NCBI GenBank assembly: GCA_002189035.1
Contig: NEEC01000002.1
Span: forward strand, 1,736,001 to 1,800,000
DNA length: 64,000 nucleotides
Source of the DNA: Utricularia gibba
Lineage: Eukaryota > Plantae > Magnoliophyta
Direction: 5' to 3'
Shown: positions 52,554 to 64,000 of the stretch, one piece after another
Layout of the letters: every line of letters starts with the position of its first letter
How positions within the stretch are numbered: position 1 is the first letter of the stretch
Notes under the pieces: generated by a model
Databases searched by the model: none
Seen by the model: the letters and a program-made list of their open reading frames with translations, nothing else
What the model was told of the DNA's origin: nothing
Program-made: the position numbers and the translations under genes

Positions 52554-55445
52554 GTATAATGCTGCACTGCATCCGTCTGTTGTTCAATGAAGGTTCAGTT
52601 TCAGAGATGCGGTGAAGAAGAGAAAGTCTGTGGGTGTGGTGTGCGACGGACTGGTTCACCTACTAAATAAATACTCCACTGCCCCTCTTCACATCCCTCC
52701 CTTCCTATCCCAGAAATAAAGCGTATTGATTCACACGCATCCAATTCCACTCATTTCAATAAATGTGTATCGGCTGGCTCTAAACCAAAATTCAAATAAC
52801 TTGTTCGATTTCGAACGAGTGAATTACACATTGATATCATCGTACTCGGATCCCATTAAAAAACTCAATGGCTCCACCTCCCTCAACTCTATTACAACCT
52901 TAAAATCAGTTTTTGAAGTGACTTTCAGAAATAGAATTCACATGGGAACACCCTTTTGCTGCTAGGTTTCGTTTCTACGACATAGCCAATTGGAAAGCTA
53001 AAAAGAGATGTGAATTCTCACGATTCCAGAGTAAAAAAAAAAAAAAAAAGCACAGAGTGGGTAAGGTGAATGAATAATGTAAGAGGAAAGGGAAGAGTAA
53101 CTCTTGACTCAGCCCAGAAAAACCAACCCAAATTAATGAGCCTCAATAATGGGAAACACCAGCTGCGGATGCAACAACGAACAAAACTAAAGCCTAGACT
53201 TAATATGGAAAGTGTAGAAATTAGAGCATGCAAAGAAGAGGTTATCCGCATGGGGCTTTCCTGCTAGCCGATCAGTTGCAGTAGCTGAGGAGGGTCTGTC
53301 TGCTTGGCATCTGAATGAAACCCTACATCACCTTGAGCCACTAACTAATCACCATGAGATTTGATTTCACTTCCCATGTGAACCAAAAGGCTTTCAGTTT
53401 ATTAATGCCCTAGCAAGAACCTGAACCGGTCTCTTAACCATGGGATGTGTTTGGTAGGTGAAACACATCAGATGTTCAATATTGATAAATATATCAAAAT
53501 ACCACGTTTTCTAAGTAAAACAAAGTTTACAAAAGGGTCGAGATTGAAATTTGAAATTCCTCAATTGTGAGATAAATAACCCATTATTGTGTGTTTATTT
53601 ATAATAGAAAAATAAAATCACAATTATAAAAATATTTCATTTCATCCATGTATTGGTGTGAAAAATGTTTGTTGCTAGGTTTACATAGTGCATTTGGAAG
53701 AGAGGGTTGCTGGAAGTCTTTTTTTAAAACTAACCATCACAATATTATCTCTTACACATTAAGATCAAAATTTTACACATAAGATATTTATTTTTCCACA
53801 CACATTAATAGTAAGATTGTTACTTTTCAAATTCATCCGGATTGTGCGAGGGGAGTGGCATTAGTTTTGGAGGTGGCGCTTCCACCTACATGAATAAATG
53901 TGTTGCTGGGGATGTGTTTATGATGAGGAGGTAGCCATCCAGCCAGCCAGCCAGCCCCTTAAAGGCGAGCGAGCTTAGATGGCATAATAAATCTTGCAAC
54001 CAATAATCCCCCATGCCACTAAATGCTATTCATTGCTTCCTCCCCAAACCCCAAACCAAGTGTGTGCCCAGTCCTCAAATGTTGTCTGAGTGAGCAGATG
54101 GAGCGAGCATGAAGCAGTCACCAGCAGCAGATGGATGCATTCCATTCAACTATACTAAGCACATGTCTCATAAATGGTGCAGATGTTTGTGATTCGTGAA
54201 GGAAGCAGAGGCCCGGCATTTCGCCACAGGGCCATTGATTTCCACCAACGGCGTGGCCGCTGAGATTCACATCTTCTGTGCATCCCACTACAGCATAATA
54301 TAATCAACAAATTCGGATGAAAGCAAGGAACCAGCTATTTATCTCTACGAGCAAAAAACACAATTCATATTTGTTAGACTGGAAGAGATACTTCAAATAG
54401 GAATGTCTATTCTCATGAACTGGAATATGATCCCTTGGAGAAGAGGCGGCTTATTGCAAGAGAAGATTAGGCACGACGTATGAGTAAAGCAAACAAAACA
54501 GAGATGGTCATCTGGTTCACGGTCCTTACAAGTAGTTAACTGTTAACATCCTCTGTCCAGACATACAGGCGAGATTTAACAACGGATATGGTGTTGATCG
54601 CTAACCAGCAGGCAGGCAGGAGGTAATACCGGTAGGTCTCATGGCATGCATCATGCCATTTTTAGGCTTGCAGCTGGAGATCATGGTAATCCACCCAAGT
54701 TGCGAAATAACCTTCTTTCGGACCTGCCATTCTCCGGATCTGGGAGCTCCGTCTTGTGAACGAAATCAACTTCATAGATCCTGGACTTATTTGCAACTAG
54801 GATACACTACTAGAGACACCTCAACTCACAGGCAGGGGCTGATCTAATGAGGATTATTGAAGCACCCTCAAATTTTTATTTTCCATCTTGCGGAACAACC
54901 TCCGCTGCCTTGCCCTGTTCATAAAAAGGAAATGAATCAGCTTTACCTTAGTTAAAAACCTACAGAACATATACGAGAAAAAAAGAGCCATGCGGAACCC
55001 ATTTGAACATCTCCGAGTGACGAGTGCAGCATTACAATGAAAGGGATCGTAGTTTACATGCAACTTGGGAAGAGTTTAAAGCTCATTGGCATTAAGGGAG
55101 CATTTCGCAGACTTGGGAGATCAAAAATCACACACGTCTTTAGGGCAAGTTTCAGAATCACATACAAATTCAGACATCAGAGGAAAGCAGCTGAAATCGA
55201 ACATCAAATATCCATTCATCAGCAATATCAGTTGAAGATTCATCCTTCCACTGCTTTTCATACATCACATATTTTAGTACAAACCACTAGCCTTACCCAA
55301 TACTCGATACCCAAGAACCAATTTGACGAATGATTTGAACACAATCCCTCGCGTAATCCAAACAGCAATATTCAATAGGAGAATGAAGGACGAACATGTT
55401 TTAATCATAAAAAACATATTAAACTTAAATACCAAGCACGAAAAC

Positions 55446-55760
55446 CTAAAAGTCGTAGCACCGCCCGCTTTTCTCCCAGTCGCCGTAGCGCGTCGGCTCC
55501 GGACCGCGAGGGCCGCCAACTTCTCCGGTATCTTTGTTCACATCATACTCGCCGTCCTCCTCGGCAGTCGACGATTCCCTCTCTTCCACCACCGGCTGAT
55601 GCGTCTTCTCTATGTCTTCAGTAACCACGGAACTCCTCGTTTCTGAGTTCTTTTCGTGCAATAAAGGAGTCGCGGTGGCGATAGCACGACGGAAAGCCGG
55701 GTCGGATAAGTAGAATCCGGCAATCGACGACGATAACCGATGACGGGCAATATTTGCCAT
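55446..55760 (-). CDS. SDHAF4: Succinate dehydrogenase assembly factor 4, mitochondrial (DUF1674), 104 aa
   Basis: Basic presequence; C-terminal signature [27 protein letters not shown]. Confidence 0.93.
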   Translation of the reverse strand: MANIARHRLSSSIAGFYLSDPAFRRAIATATPLLHEKNSETRSSVVTEDIEKTHQPVVEERESSTAEEDGEYDVNKDTGEVGGPRGPEPTRYGDWEKSGRCYDF

Positions 55761-56065
55761 CTCGAAGTTTCTCGCTTATTCTGACGGTAGAGGCGGTGGG
55801 AAGGTCACGACTTTTATAATCGCCCTTCATTTAATTTTACAAATAATAATAATTATTTCCAATATTAAAACTTGTTTATCAGAAATTTATTATTTACATT
55901 CCTATTTGATTCTACTTTTTTTGTGAAATTATATAGTTACTTCAGAATGCTAAAAGTATAGGATTTATATGATTTTTTTTAAAAGTATTTTTGAATAAAT
56001 AATTTATTAAAAGTTAATATTTGATAAAATTACCATCAGTCAAATTTACACAGCTTGGACGTTTT

Positions 56066-58571
56066 CTAGAACAGTTCGAACTCCAACTGCTCTCCATTTG
56101 CACCATACACATAATAAGTTTCCTGAACTGATGAACTTCCGAACTCACTGTTTTCAGGAACTTGCGGCGGAGTTGCAGAGCGAACAAGCGCCCAGTTCAG
56201 GCCATGGAAGAAGGGGTGCCGCTTGATCTCCCCGGCACCGGTCTGATTACCCAATCGGCTTTCCGGCTCCTTCACCAACAGGCGCCTGATGAGGTCCCTG
56301 ACATGAAAACTGACCATCGGGGTTTCAGGGAATCTGAGATTCTTCATCACAACGTTGGTCAATGTCTCTTCATTCCCTGCACCCTTGAACGGTGTTCTGC
56401 CATACAGAAGCTCGTACAGGAAGACACCCAGTGTCCACCAATCAACAGCGCTGCCATGGCCTTCGCCTTTGATGATCTCCGGGGCGAGGTACTCATGTGT
56501 ACCCACAAAGGAGTTGGATCGAGCCTCTGTGGGCTCAGCCACGAGCTGAAGCAATGGCCCGGGTAACAGTGAGTGATCACCTCTTTGCCTTCTTGCTCTT
56601 GATGAGGGAGGGAGAAGCTTGGGGGTCAAGCACGACACCTTGCACGACGGCCCAGTGCAGAGGGGATCGATGCAGCTGGAGCCTGTGCATTGACCTGAGA
56701 ACCTTGGTGGCTCGAAAGGTTCTGAAGAAGATTTTATTAGCGTTGGGCTGACTGAGCAGATGAGCGAGAGATCAAAATCCGTCAGCATGATATGCCCATC
56801 TTCACGCACGAGAATGTTCTCAGGTTTCAGATCTCGGTACACGATCCCTAGCATGTGTAGATATTCGAGGGCGAGAAGGACCTCAGCGACATAAAACCTG
56901 CAATGTCAGGTATCAAGTGATCCAACAATTTCAACAGGCAGAATTGTAGATACAATGCATAATGCAAAGGAAGTACCTTGCTGCATGTTCAGGGAAACAT
57001 CGACGTGGCTGTCGCTGGCGGAGAATATGTAGATCCCCTCCGGGACAGAACTCGAGAACTAAGCAGGATAAGTTGTCCGAAGTAAACTGAGCATAAAGAG
57101 TTGGAAGAAATGGATGGTCCAGCATCTTGAGGATTTCACTCTCTGTCTGAGCACGAGGCATCTTTTTCCTCCTCATCAAGAACTCGTTATCCGTCACTTT
57201 TATTGCGAACTGGCAGCTTGTTCCAAGCAGTTCTGCAAGATAAACCGTGCCAATGTCTCCAGATCCAAGCTTCTTCAACAGGTTAAAGTGCCTCAGCCCC
57301 AAACAGCCCTCCTTTTCAATTACATGATTGATGGCCTTCCATCTGATGTCTTTTGACATGTGGGGTTTGTTGCTGCAATGGAAACTGCTTAGATTGCTCA
57401 CGTCACTGGCGCTGGTTGTGCTGCTGCTAAGACCATAAGCGCTACTCTTTGAGCTCTGAGAGGTATCACATTTCTCGACTTCCTTTAATGCTTTACCGGC
57501 CTTGACAACAGAGATTGCTCTACAGGGATACTCTGCAGAACCTTCATCATCATCTCTCATAGAGCACTGACATCTTTCACAAATCATCAACCCTGAAGCA
57601 TGATCTTGACCTTTCTTTGAAACAATGGTTGGTTTCAAACGTCGCCTGTCTATTGATGATGCTACTTTCACTGCTTTCTTAATGACAATGCTCTTGTGTC
57701 TAGGAACAGGTCTGGCTCCATCAGAAACGATTTTAACCGATTTCATACCTTTTTTGCACTTCACCTTTTCTGTAAAAGCAACCGCCTGTGATGTGGATCT
57801 CTGTCTTTGCTCGGGAGCTGCTGCCATGGATGCTACTCCCACGGATGCAGCCGAAGATTCAATGGGAACACACATAAAATTGATTGACTCAGAGCTTCCC
57901 TCATCATCCTTAGCCTGACAGGCCGAAGAGGACATACCACAATCTTTCTGCAGACCTAACTTGGAAGTGTGATCAACAATGCTTGGCCCTGCGCTTTCAA
58001 CAGCAACACTAGAGGAGGAATCATTTTCAGATCCTGGGAACGGTGCTTTCGTAGTTGTATATTGATGTTGGAAAGGTTCAGATGCCATGCAAATCAGATT
58101 AGCATCTTCAGGTAACAGGGAAATATGAATTCTTCCTTCTCCACCCACAACAGGGGATTGACTAGATTCAGCATTTTCATTTACGGCATATCTGCTTCCT
58201 ATTTTTCCAGTTTCCGATGTCCTCGGAGAAGCAAGGATCGATGACCGTTTAATAGCAGCCATTTCCACTGCCTGAGAGATGCATAATCCTCTGAGAGCCT
58301 GCTTCAGAGATACCGGCTCAGAGAAACCAATTCCTGGCGAATTGCAACCAGCAGGCCGCCGCATCGGCCTTTTTGAAGCATTCCTAGCTGTTTCGGAAAG
58401 ATCAAGAACTTTAGAAGCTCTGAGATTCACAGCCTCAAATAACTTGTTGATGTCATCATCCAATGTCCTCTGATGCCCCCCTGTTCTCTGGAACGGCGGC
58501 TTCTGCTCGCCTCTGATTCCATGAACTGCAAGCTTCTCATCCTTGGCCTCAATAATCTCGCACGAAACCAT
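56066..58571 (-). CDS. AGCVIII (AGC1) Ser/Thr kinase, KIPK-like, long N-terminal extension, 2 exons, ~808 aa
   Basis: Exons 58571-56977 and 56897-56066. [43 protein letters not shown] (AGCVIII DFD), [15 protein letters not shown]-terminal FxxF (FELF). N-terminus CEIIE...[14 protein letters not shown]. Confidence 0.93.
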
Positions 58572-60043
58572 TGCGTCCAAAACGAGTGCTCCCTCTAAGT
58601 TCCCATACGCACCTAAAGCCAGAAAAAAATTTCTAGGAACAACAAAGCTAAATGAACTAAGCTGGAAAATCTACCTAAATGGACAAACTTCAAACACAAA
58701 CTGCCAAGAAGCGCTTCGCGGAATTTCTAAGAATCTAACTTTGCCCCTCCAGACAAAGATTGATCACATTCCCATGAATCTAGCCACAAGCCCACTTCAA
58801 CAAAAAAGGCTTGCATCGTGCAGAAATGATTAGCCCCGTAAACAAAAAAAAGATGTACACCAATCGGAACTACATTGATTCGAAAAGGAAGGCTAGCCGC
58901 AAAACACACAGTCTTGAAACGAAAAAGAGTTCTTCAGAAAATGAGGCCAATTTTGAAATCATAACAAAATGTAGAAGAAATAATTCACCTGAAACAATGG
59001 GAGATCTACAACTTTCACAGCTTGTGCAAAAACAGGAAAAAAACAGTCAATCCTCCCTTGATAGAGGGAATCCCACGAACCAGTATACAAAAAAGCGCAA
59101 AAACGAGAGCAAATCTGGGCTAATTCTGCTTCTTTGTTTTCCAGTGGAATTTCTGTAAATCAGCGGCGAAGGGGAGGCACGCCGGAGAAGGCAACTGACA
59201 AAAACTTTACTGTCTATCGTATTTATTCATATTTAAAAATATTATTAATTTTTCATTTCCTCTCCTTTTTCTATATTTCCATTTTTAATTATAACTTCTT
59301 CATGTTCGAAAACCCAAACGGGGACCAATCTACAGTGCGATTTAAAAAATATATATTATATTATTTTCCAACACATAAAATGACTATTTCAATGCATTTA
59401 ATATCATCACTGGATTAAAATTGGATTGATTTTTCATTTTTATTTCAGAAATTTTATTAATTTATATAAAATGTTTGTTTTATAATGTACAATTCTTGTT
59501 CTATTTTTAATCGAATTCCGTATTAAATATTATGAAAAAAATAATAAATATAATTGTTTTATTTCCACATTAATATTGTCATTTTAGTAATGATAAGTAG
59601 ACAATGACCGTACATAATTTACATGCACGTGTTCCACCATTTATTTTCATGATGTAATATACAAGTAGTGCTTTAAAAACAAGCTGAATCTATTCTCTAA
59701 TATAGTCATAAATTTGAATTGAATATTTTTTATAATGAATTGACTAGTGTTCATTAATTTTTAATTATATTTTATAATATAAGAAAAAAATAAAGATTAT
59801 TATTCAAAGGGAGTCAATATAGTCCGGATTGAATTATATTTAACTTTGAAATTTGAATTGAACCTGTTATTTTAAAATATTGAATACAAGTCCTAATACA
59901 TATAAAACTAATGAATGATACAACTAACGAGCCAGCATACTCAAGTAGGCAAACTACACCCACATAATCAACGAGAGTGATAAGTCATCAAGTTCGATAA
60001 ATTGAATAAGAAAGTTAAATGGAATAATAATACTCAATTCTAA

Positions 60044-60270
60044 GGCTTTGTATGGTTGGTTGATTAAAATATTAATGAATTTAAATTATTTAGATTTAAA
60101 AAAATCCAAATATATAAGTATAAAAATATTCATATTCTTTTTTAAGTAGTCATATATTTATATATATGAAGGTACTATATGAATATATATAATTATACCT
60201 ATATATCAAATAATATAATTTTATTAAAATTATCATAAATCAACTTTATATTTTCACATCAAACAAGGCC
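60044..60270. mobile_element. PIF/Harbinger-type (Tourist) MITE, 227 bp
   Basis: TAA target duplications at 60041-60043 and 60271-60273 flank imperfect TIRs GGCTTTGTATGGT ... ATCAAACAAGGCC (reverse complement GGCCTTGTTTGAT). Interior is AT-rich and non-coding. Confidence 0.8.
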
Positions 60271-61712
60271 TAAAGATATCATCTAACACCAAATATTTGC
60301 ATCATATAATATATCAAATATTTCATTGATATTCAAAGAACAAAACAATTAACAAGATCTCTTCTATAAATGTCTACAAATATTTTAGTAAATTTCACGA
60401 GGATCATGATTCTCAAGAGATTTTCTTCACCCTCTAAAACAATCCTAAAATCTAAAACTGCTCGGAATCAACTCGAGATTTCTGGCAACATCATTATTGC
60501 TATTACTTGGAGACTTATAATCTTATTTCTAGGCGTGTGACATGTACAAAAAAAATAATAAAAAACAGAATCGAAGTCCTATTTTCTAGGCCATCAAAAT
60601 AGAACATAAGCTACAAAAACATATGCATGAGTGTTGCTTTTAGTGTTCAATGATAATTGCACCCTAACCTGTAACTAATAATAATAACGCATACTTAGGC
60701 ATAATCAATAGCCTGGCCTATGGACTTGTATTAGCAATCTACCTACTTCATTCATTTTACGGAAACGCCCACGTGCCACAGGACCATTTAGCTGCGTCTG
60801 TGTTGTTTACCCCGGTTCAAAGTGGTTTGGAACTCGAATCGGTTTAGATTCCTGTAGGTTTAAATGTTGGATTCTCATAGGTGTTATTGCGTGGAAAATG
60901 TTAATAGAAATATCAAATTGTACGTTTATTCAATAAAATATTTTTCATGAATTGAAATTTGATATTTTTAGGTTTTTATTTTTATTTTTTGTATTCATAT
61001 TAAATAATAAACCACAATTATTTTTTTTACATAAATAAAACATTTTTATCCTAATTACAATTTATTAGCAGTATATTTCATTCATCTATATATTATCATC
61101 CTATATAATATATTTAAATCACACCATCAAAAACATACAAAGCCAAAGAGAGGATTTTTTTTACAAGGAAAAACAATTTTTAAATAAAAAAATCCATTTA
61201 AATAGCTGAAACACTAATCTTCCACGTCATTAAGAAAATAACATTTTAATATAAAAATATCAATATAATTTTTTTTTTCAAAAGTTGACATGAATCTAGA
61301 GCACTGCATGAGATGCCAGTTTTGTTCTTGGTTCGAGAGCACACTTCGCCATTTTTCCTTTCACGCCCTGTGTCCCTGTTCTTGTGTTTGAAGGAATGGA
61401 GAACAATGAATGTACAGCACATCGCATCCTGCTTGAGAATACCTTCTTTTCTCTACATTCTCTTTGTTGGTAGCCGCCATGGAGGAGCTGCATGGAGGTG
61501 CTGGTGGGTAAAGCGGTTGGCCTGTCTAACCACTGCACTGCGAGAGGTTGTAACCGCCCACCGGATCTGAATACCAAGTCTGGTAGGCTGCCTGAGCGGA
61601 CGACGGCGATCGGATCTACTCGGTGCAACAGTGCCCCCATAGGCAGAGTGCGAGCAGAGCAAACCCAGTTTATTTAAGAAGCTACGTTGCATGTTGGGAG
61701 AGAGCCGGTAAA

Positions 61713-63638
61713 ATGCTGAGAATGCAAGCAGCCGTACTGGAAGATGTTCGTGTTGCAAGAGATATTTTGCGGCTTTCGATCGAAAAGTCGGCGAGTATCT
61801 ACGCCGGAATGGAGGACATCGGCATGAGGGTGGAGGAGATCTCTCACAATCTGGAGATCCTGCAAGGTTCAATGAAAGCCATGAAGCATCCATCTTCACT
61901 ACAAGAAATCAGAGCTGGTGTTGATGGTGCAGCTTGCTGTGTTGCTAATATCCTTGATGTGCTGGGCTTGGTTTACCAGCTTCAGGGCATGCTTGAACCA
62001 GACATATGTGCGTCAAGCTCGAGAGATTACCTCCGGAATATTCGATCCCTCGAGGAAGCGTTGAAGCTTCTTGCTAGTAGCAGCGAACTGGCCATGGGGT
62101 GGCTGGATGATCTCCTGCAACTCCTTGCCAGCACACAAAATAAACACGTATTCTTTCAAGTAACACAAGTTGTAAAAATGCTCGCAGAACTGCGCCAGAA
62201 ACCGGCATCTTTCAGGCACAATGAAGGAGTTTTGTCTCGTGCGTTTGATCATCTTGAAGATGAATACAAGCGGCTGCTAATGAAAACTGCCCTTTTTTGG
62301 GAACCATGTGAAATGGAAGAACTGCAAGCGGTCACTGATAAGCTGGCTGCTGAAGGCCGGCTTGAAAGATGCATGTCTATCTACACAAGCACCCGCATCA
62401 CGAAGGTGAGATCCATGATCCAAACTCTCGATATAAAGTACCTGGAGATTGAGTTATCTTCATCAATCAGCGTCCAGAGTGTTGAGGACTACATCACACA
62501 GTGGATTATGGATGTGGAGTTTGTAGTGAAATGCGTACTTAAGAAAGAGTATAAGGTATGCAGAGACTTGTACCAGAAATTTGAAGCAGGAAACTGGAAG
62601 GAATGCTTTGCAACGATAGCCTCCAACTCAGGTTTTTTAGACATCCTGGGTTTCGGCTCCTCAATTTGCAGATGCAAGAAGGAAGCACTGAAGCTTTTGA
62701 AGCTGCTCAATTTATTTTCAGCACTAGACAGACTGAGGTTGGACTTCAATGAGCTGTTCAATGGGGAATTCTGTGCTGTGATACGAACACAGACGAGAGC
62801 TCTCATCAAGCAGGTAGTAAACTGCATATCTGAGACCTTCCTTGAGCTCAAAATGCAGCTGGTGTTGCAAAGTGAGCATCATGCCCCACCTAATGGAAGT
62901 GTTGCATGGCCGGTTCTATTTCAGCCGGAATATTGCAAGCACCTTCTTGAGGATGAAAACTGCTCTATCCTCATCAGAGCGCTGGAGATACACCATGATT
63001 GGTATGGATCTAAACTTAATGATGACTTCGTCAAGAACGAAATTCAAAGTATCACTGAAGCACTTGAAAAAAACTTAGAAATTTGGGCACAGCAGTGCAA
63101 TGACAAGGAGTTTTCATACCTCTTCATGATGAATAACCGCAGGCATCTGCACAAAAATGTAAAAGGAAGCAAATTAGAAGAGGTACTGGGGACTTCTTGG
63201 CAAGGCCCACCTGAAAAATCAATGGAGCATTACCCGGAACGGTACATGAAAGAGAGCTGGAAAAAGCTTCCACTCGTCTGCAATGAGGGCATGATCCAGT
63301 TCCATAGCGCTAGAGCTGTTGGCAGAAATCTAGTAAAGAAGAGGGTCAATGCATTCTGCACAGCCTTCCAAAGCGTGCGCAAGTGGCAATCCGAATCGGT
63401 CATATCAGACCAAGCATTGAGCCGGAAGCTAAAAAAACTAGCATTTGAGCCTGTTGTTCCACAACTTAAGGGCTATTTGAAGAAATTCCTGCCAGGAATT
63501 GTTCAGTATAGCCATACAAAAAATGAAATAAAGGACAATCCTCAAGACTTAGAAGAGTTTGGATCTCTGCATGAACCAAAAGATGGGGGAAGCAGGAACT
63601 GCAAAGTTGTGGTAAGCATCACTGGCTTCAGTGAATGA
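61713..63638 (+). CDS. Exocyst subunit EXO70, G clade (EXO70G2-like), intronless, ~641 aa
   Basis: ARDILRLSIEKS, YLRNIRSLEEALKLL...LAMGWLDDL, LEDEYKRLL, RLERCMSIY...R, KKEALKLLKLL, YLFMMNN, Y.KESW, KKRVNAFCTAF match recalled EXO70G features. First in-frame ATG is 61713; the ORF track start at 61623 is a GTG. Confidence 0.88.
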   Translation: MLRMQAAVLEDVRVARDILRLSIEKSASIYAGMEDIGMRVEEISHNLEILQGSMKAMKHPSSLQEIRAGVDGAACCVANILDVLGLVYQLQGMLEPDICASSSRDYLRNIRSLEEALKLLASSSELAMGWLDDLLQLLASTQNKHVFFQVTQVVKMLAELRQKPASFRHNEGVLSRAFDHLEDEYKRLLMKTALFWEPCEMEELQAVTDKLAAEGRLERCMSIYTSTRITKVRSMIQTLDIKYLEIELSSSISVQSVEDYITQWIMDVEFVVKCVLKKEYKVCRDLYQKFEAGNWKECFATIASNSGFLDILGFGSSICRCKKEALKLLKLLNLFSALDRLRLDFNELFNGEFCAVIRTQTRALIKQVVNCISETFLELKMQLVLQSEHHAPPNGSVAWPVLFQPEYCKHLLEDENCSILIRALEIHHDWYGSKLNDDFVKNEIQSITEALEKNLEIWAQQCNDKEFSYLFMMNNRRHLHKNVKGSKLEEVLGTSWQGPPEKSMEHYPERYMKESWKKLPLVCNEGMIQFHSARAVGRNLVKKRVNAFCTAFQSVRKWQSESVISDQALSRKLKKLAFEPVVPQLKGYLKKFLPGIVQYSHTKNEIKDNPQDLEEFGSLHEPKDGGSRNCKVVVSITGFSE

Positions 63639-63860
63639 CAACACTACTGGGATTCTGGAGATGAATACTGGACCACAAACTGAAACATCGCCATGCGACT
63701 TGCCTTTCCTTTTAATCTGCACAATCTTCCTCACTCAACAGAGACAAGGATGATAAATTTCAAAAGGACAAGTCGCACAGCAGGTTCTCTATTCATTTTC
63801 CGATCACCCCATTTTCAATTCCGGGATCCTAAAATTGAATTGGATTAGCAGCAATACAAA

Positions 63861-63942
63861 TCACCACTTTTCAGCTTGTTGAACTTCTTGGAGTACATTT
63901 TGACAATTTTCCAGCATGCGAAAATTCAATAAGTAACGTCTC
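63861..63942 (-). CDS. Probable terminal coding exon of an unidentified gene continuing beyond the window
   Basis: Acceptor TTTGACAG|G at 63944-63943, then an open frame RRYLLNFRMLENCQNVLQEVQQAEKW* (stop 63861-63863). Product not recognised. Confidence 0.5.
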
Positions 63943-64000
63943 CTGTCAAATACACAAGGGCCTCATCTTCTAATGCATACAGCAAACTCAAAGAGACAAT

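Noticed and set aside
53441-53805. Possible Tourist-like element (GGATGTGTTTGG ... TTCCACACACATT)
   Set aside because: TIRs too degenerate and no TSD.
58595-58606. Micro-uORF MGT* upstream of the kinase ATG, or an alternative start at TTG 58580
   Set aside because: Three codons only and out of frame, so no basis for a functional claim. ATG 58571 matches the family N-terminus (xxCEIIE).

Overview
Gene-dense eudicot nuclear DNA with short introns (mostly 70-130 nt), 17 recognisable protein-coding genes and the last exon of an 18th gene running off the right edge. In order: ARF19/ARF7-type auxin response factor (+), SHT-like BAHD acyltransferase (-), UTP25/NOF1 (-), Core-2/I-branching (DUF266) glycosyltransferase (+), mitochondrial IMP1 peptidase (-), SBT2.5-type subtilase (-), LisH/Srp40 nucleolar protein (+), organellar-type RPL22 (-), PUB22/23 U-box ligase (-), OVATE-family protein (-), RRM/SR-like protein (+), GIR1-like repressor (-), LMI1-type HD-Zip I (-), SDHAF4 (-), KIPK-like AGCVIII kinase (-), EXO70G-type exocyst subunit (+). 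Intergenic DNA holds AT-rich MITE remnants, a ~52-bp minisatellite and a dispersed repeat. I found no rRNA, tRNA, CRISPR array or intact autonomous transposon, and no clearly new multi-gene system. The best leads are small-scale: an apparently gained intron flanked by a 7-bp direct repeat in the BAHD gene, an apparent relocation of the EAR motif in the GIR protein, a dense uORF cluster before EXO70G, two GC-AG introns, and two 1-nt homopolymer frameshifts that are more likely assembly errors than real. All exon models were derived by hand; family names come from recalled motifs, not database searches.
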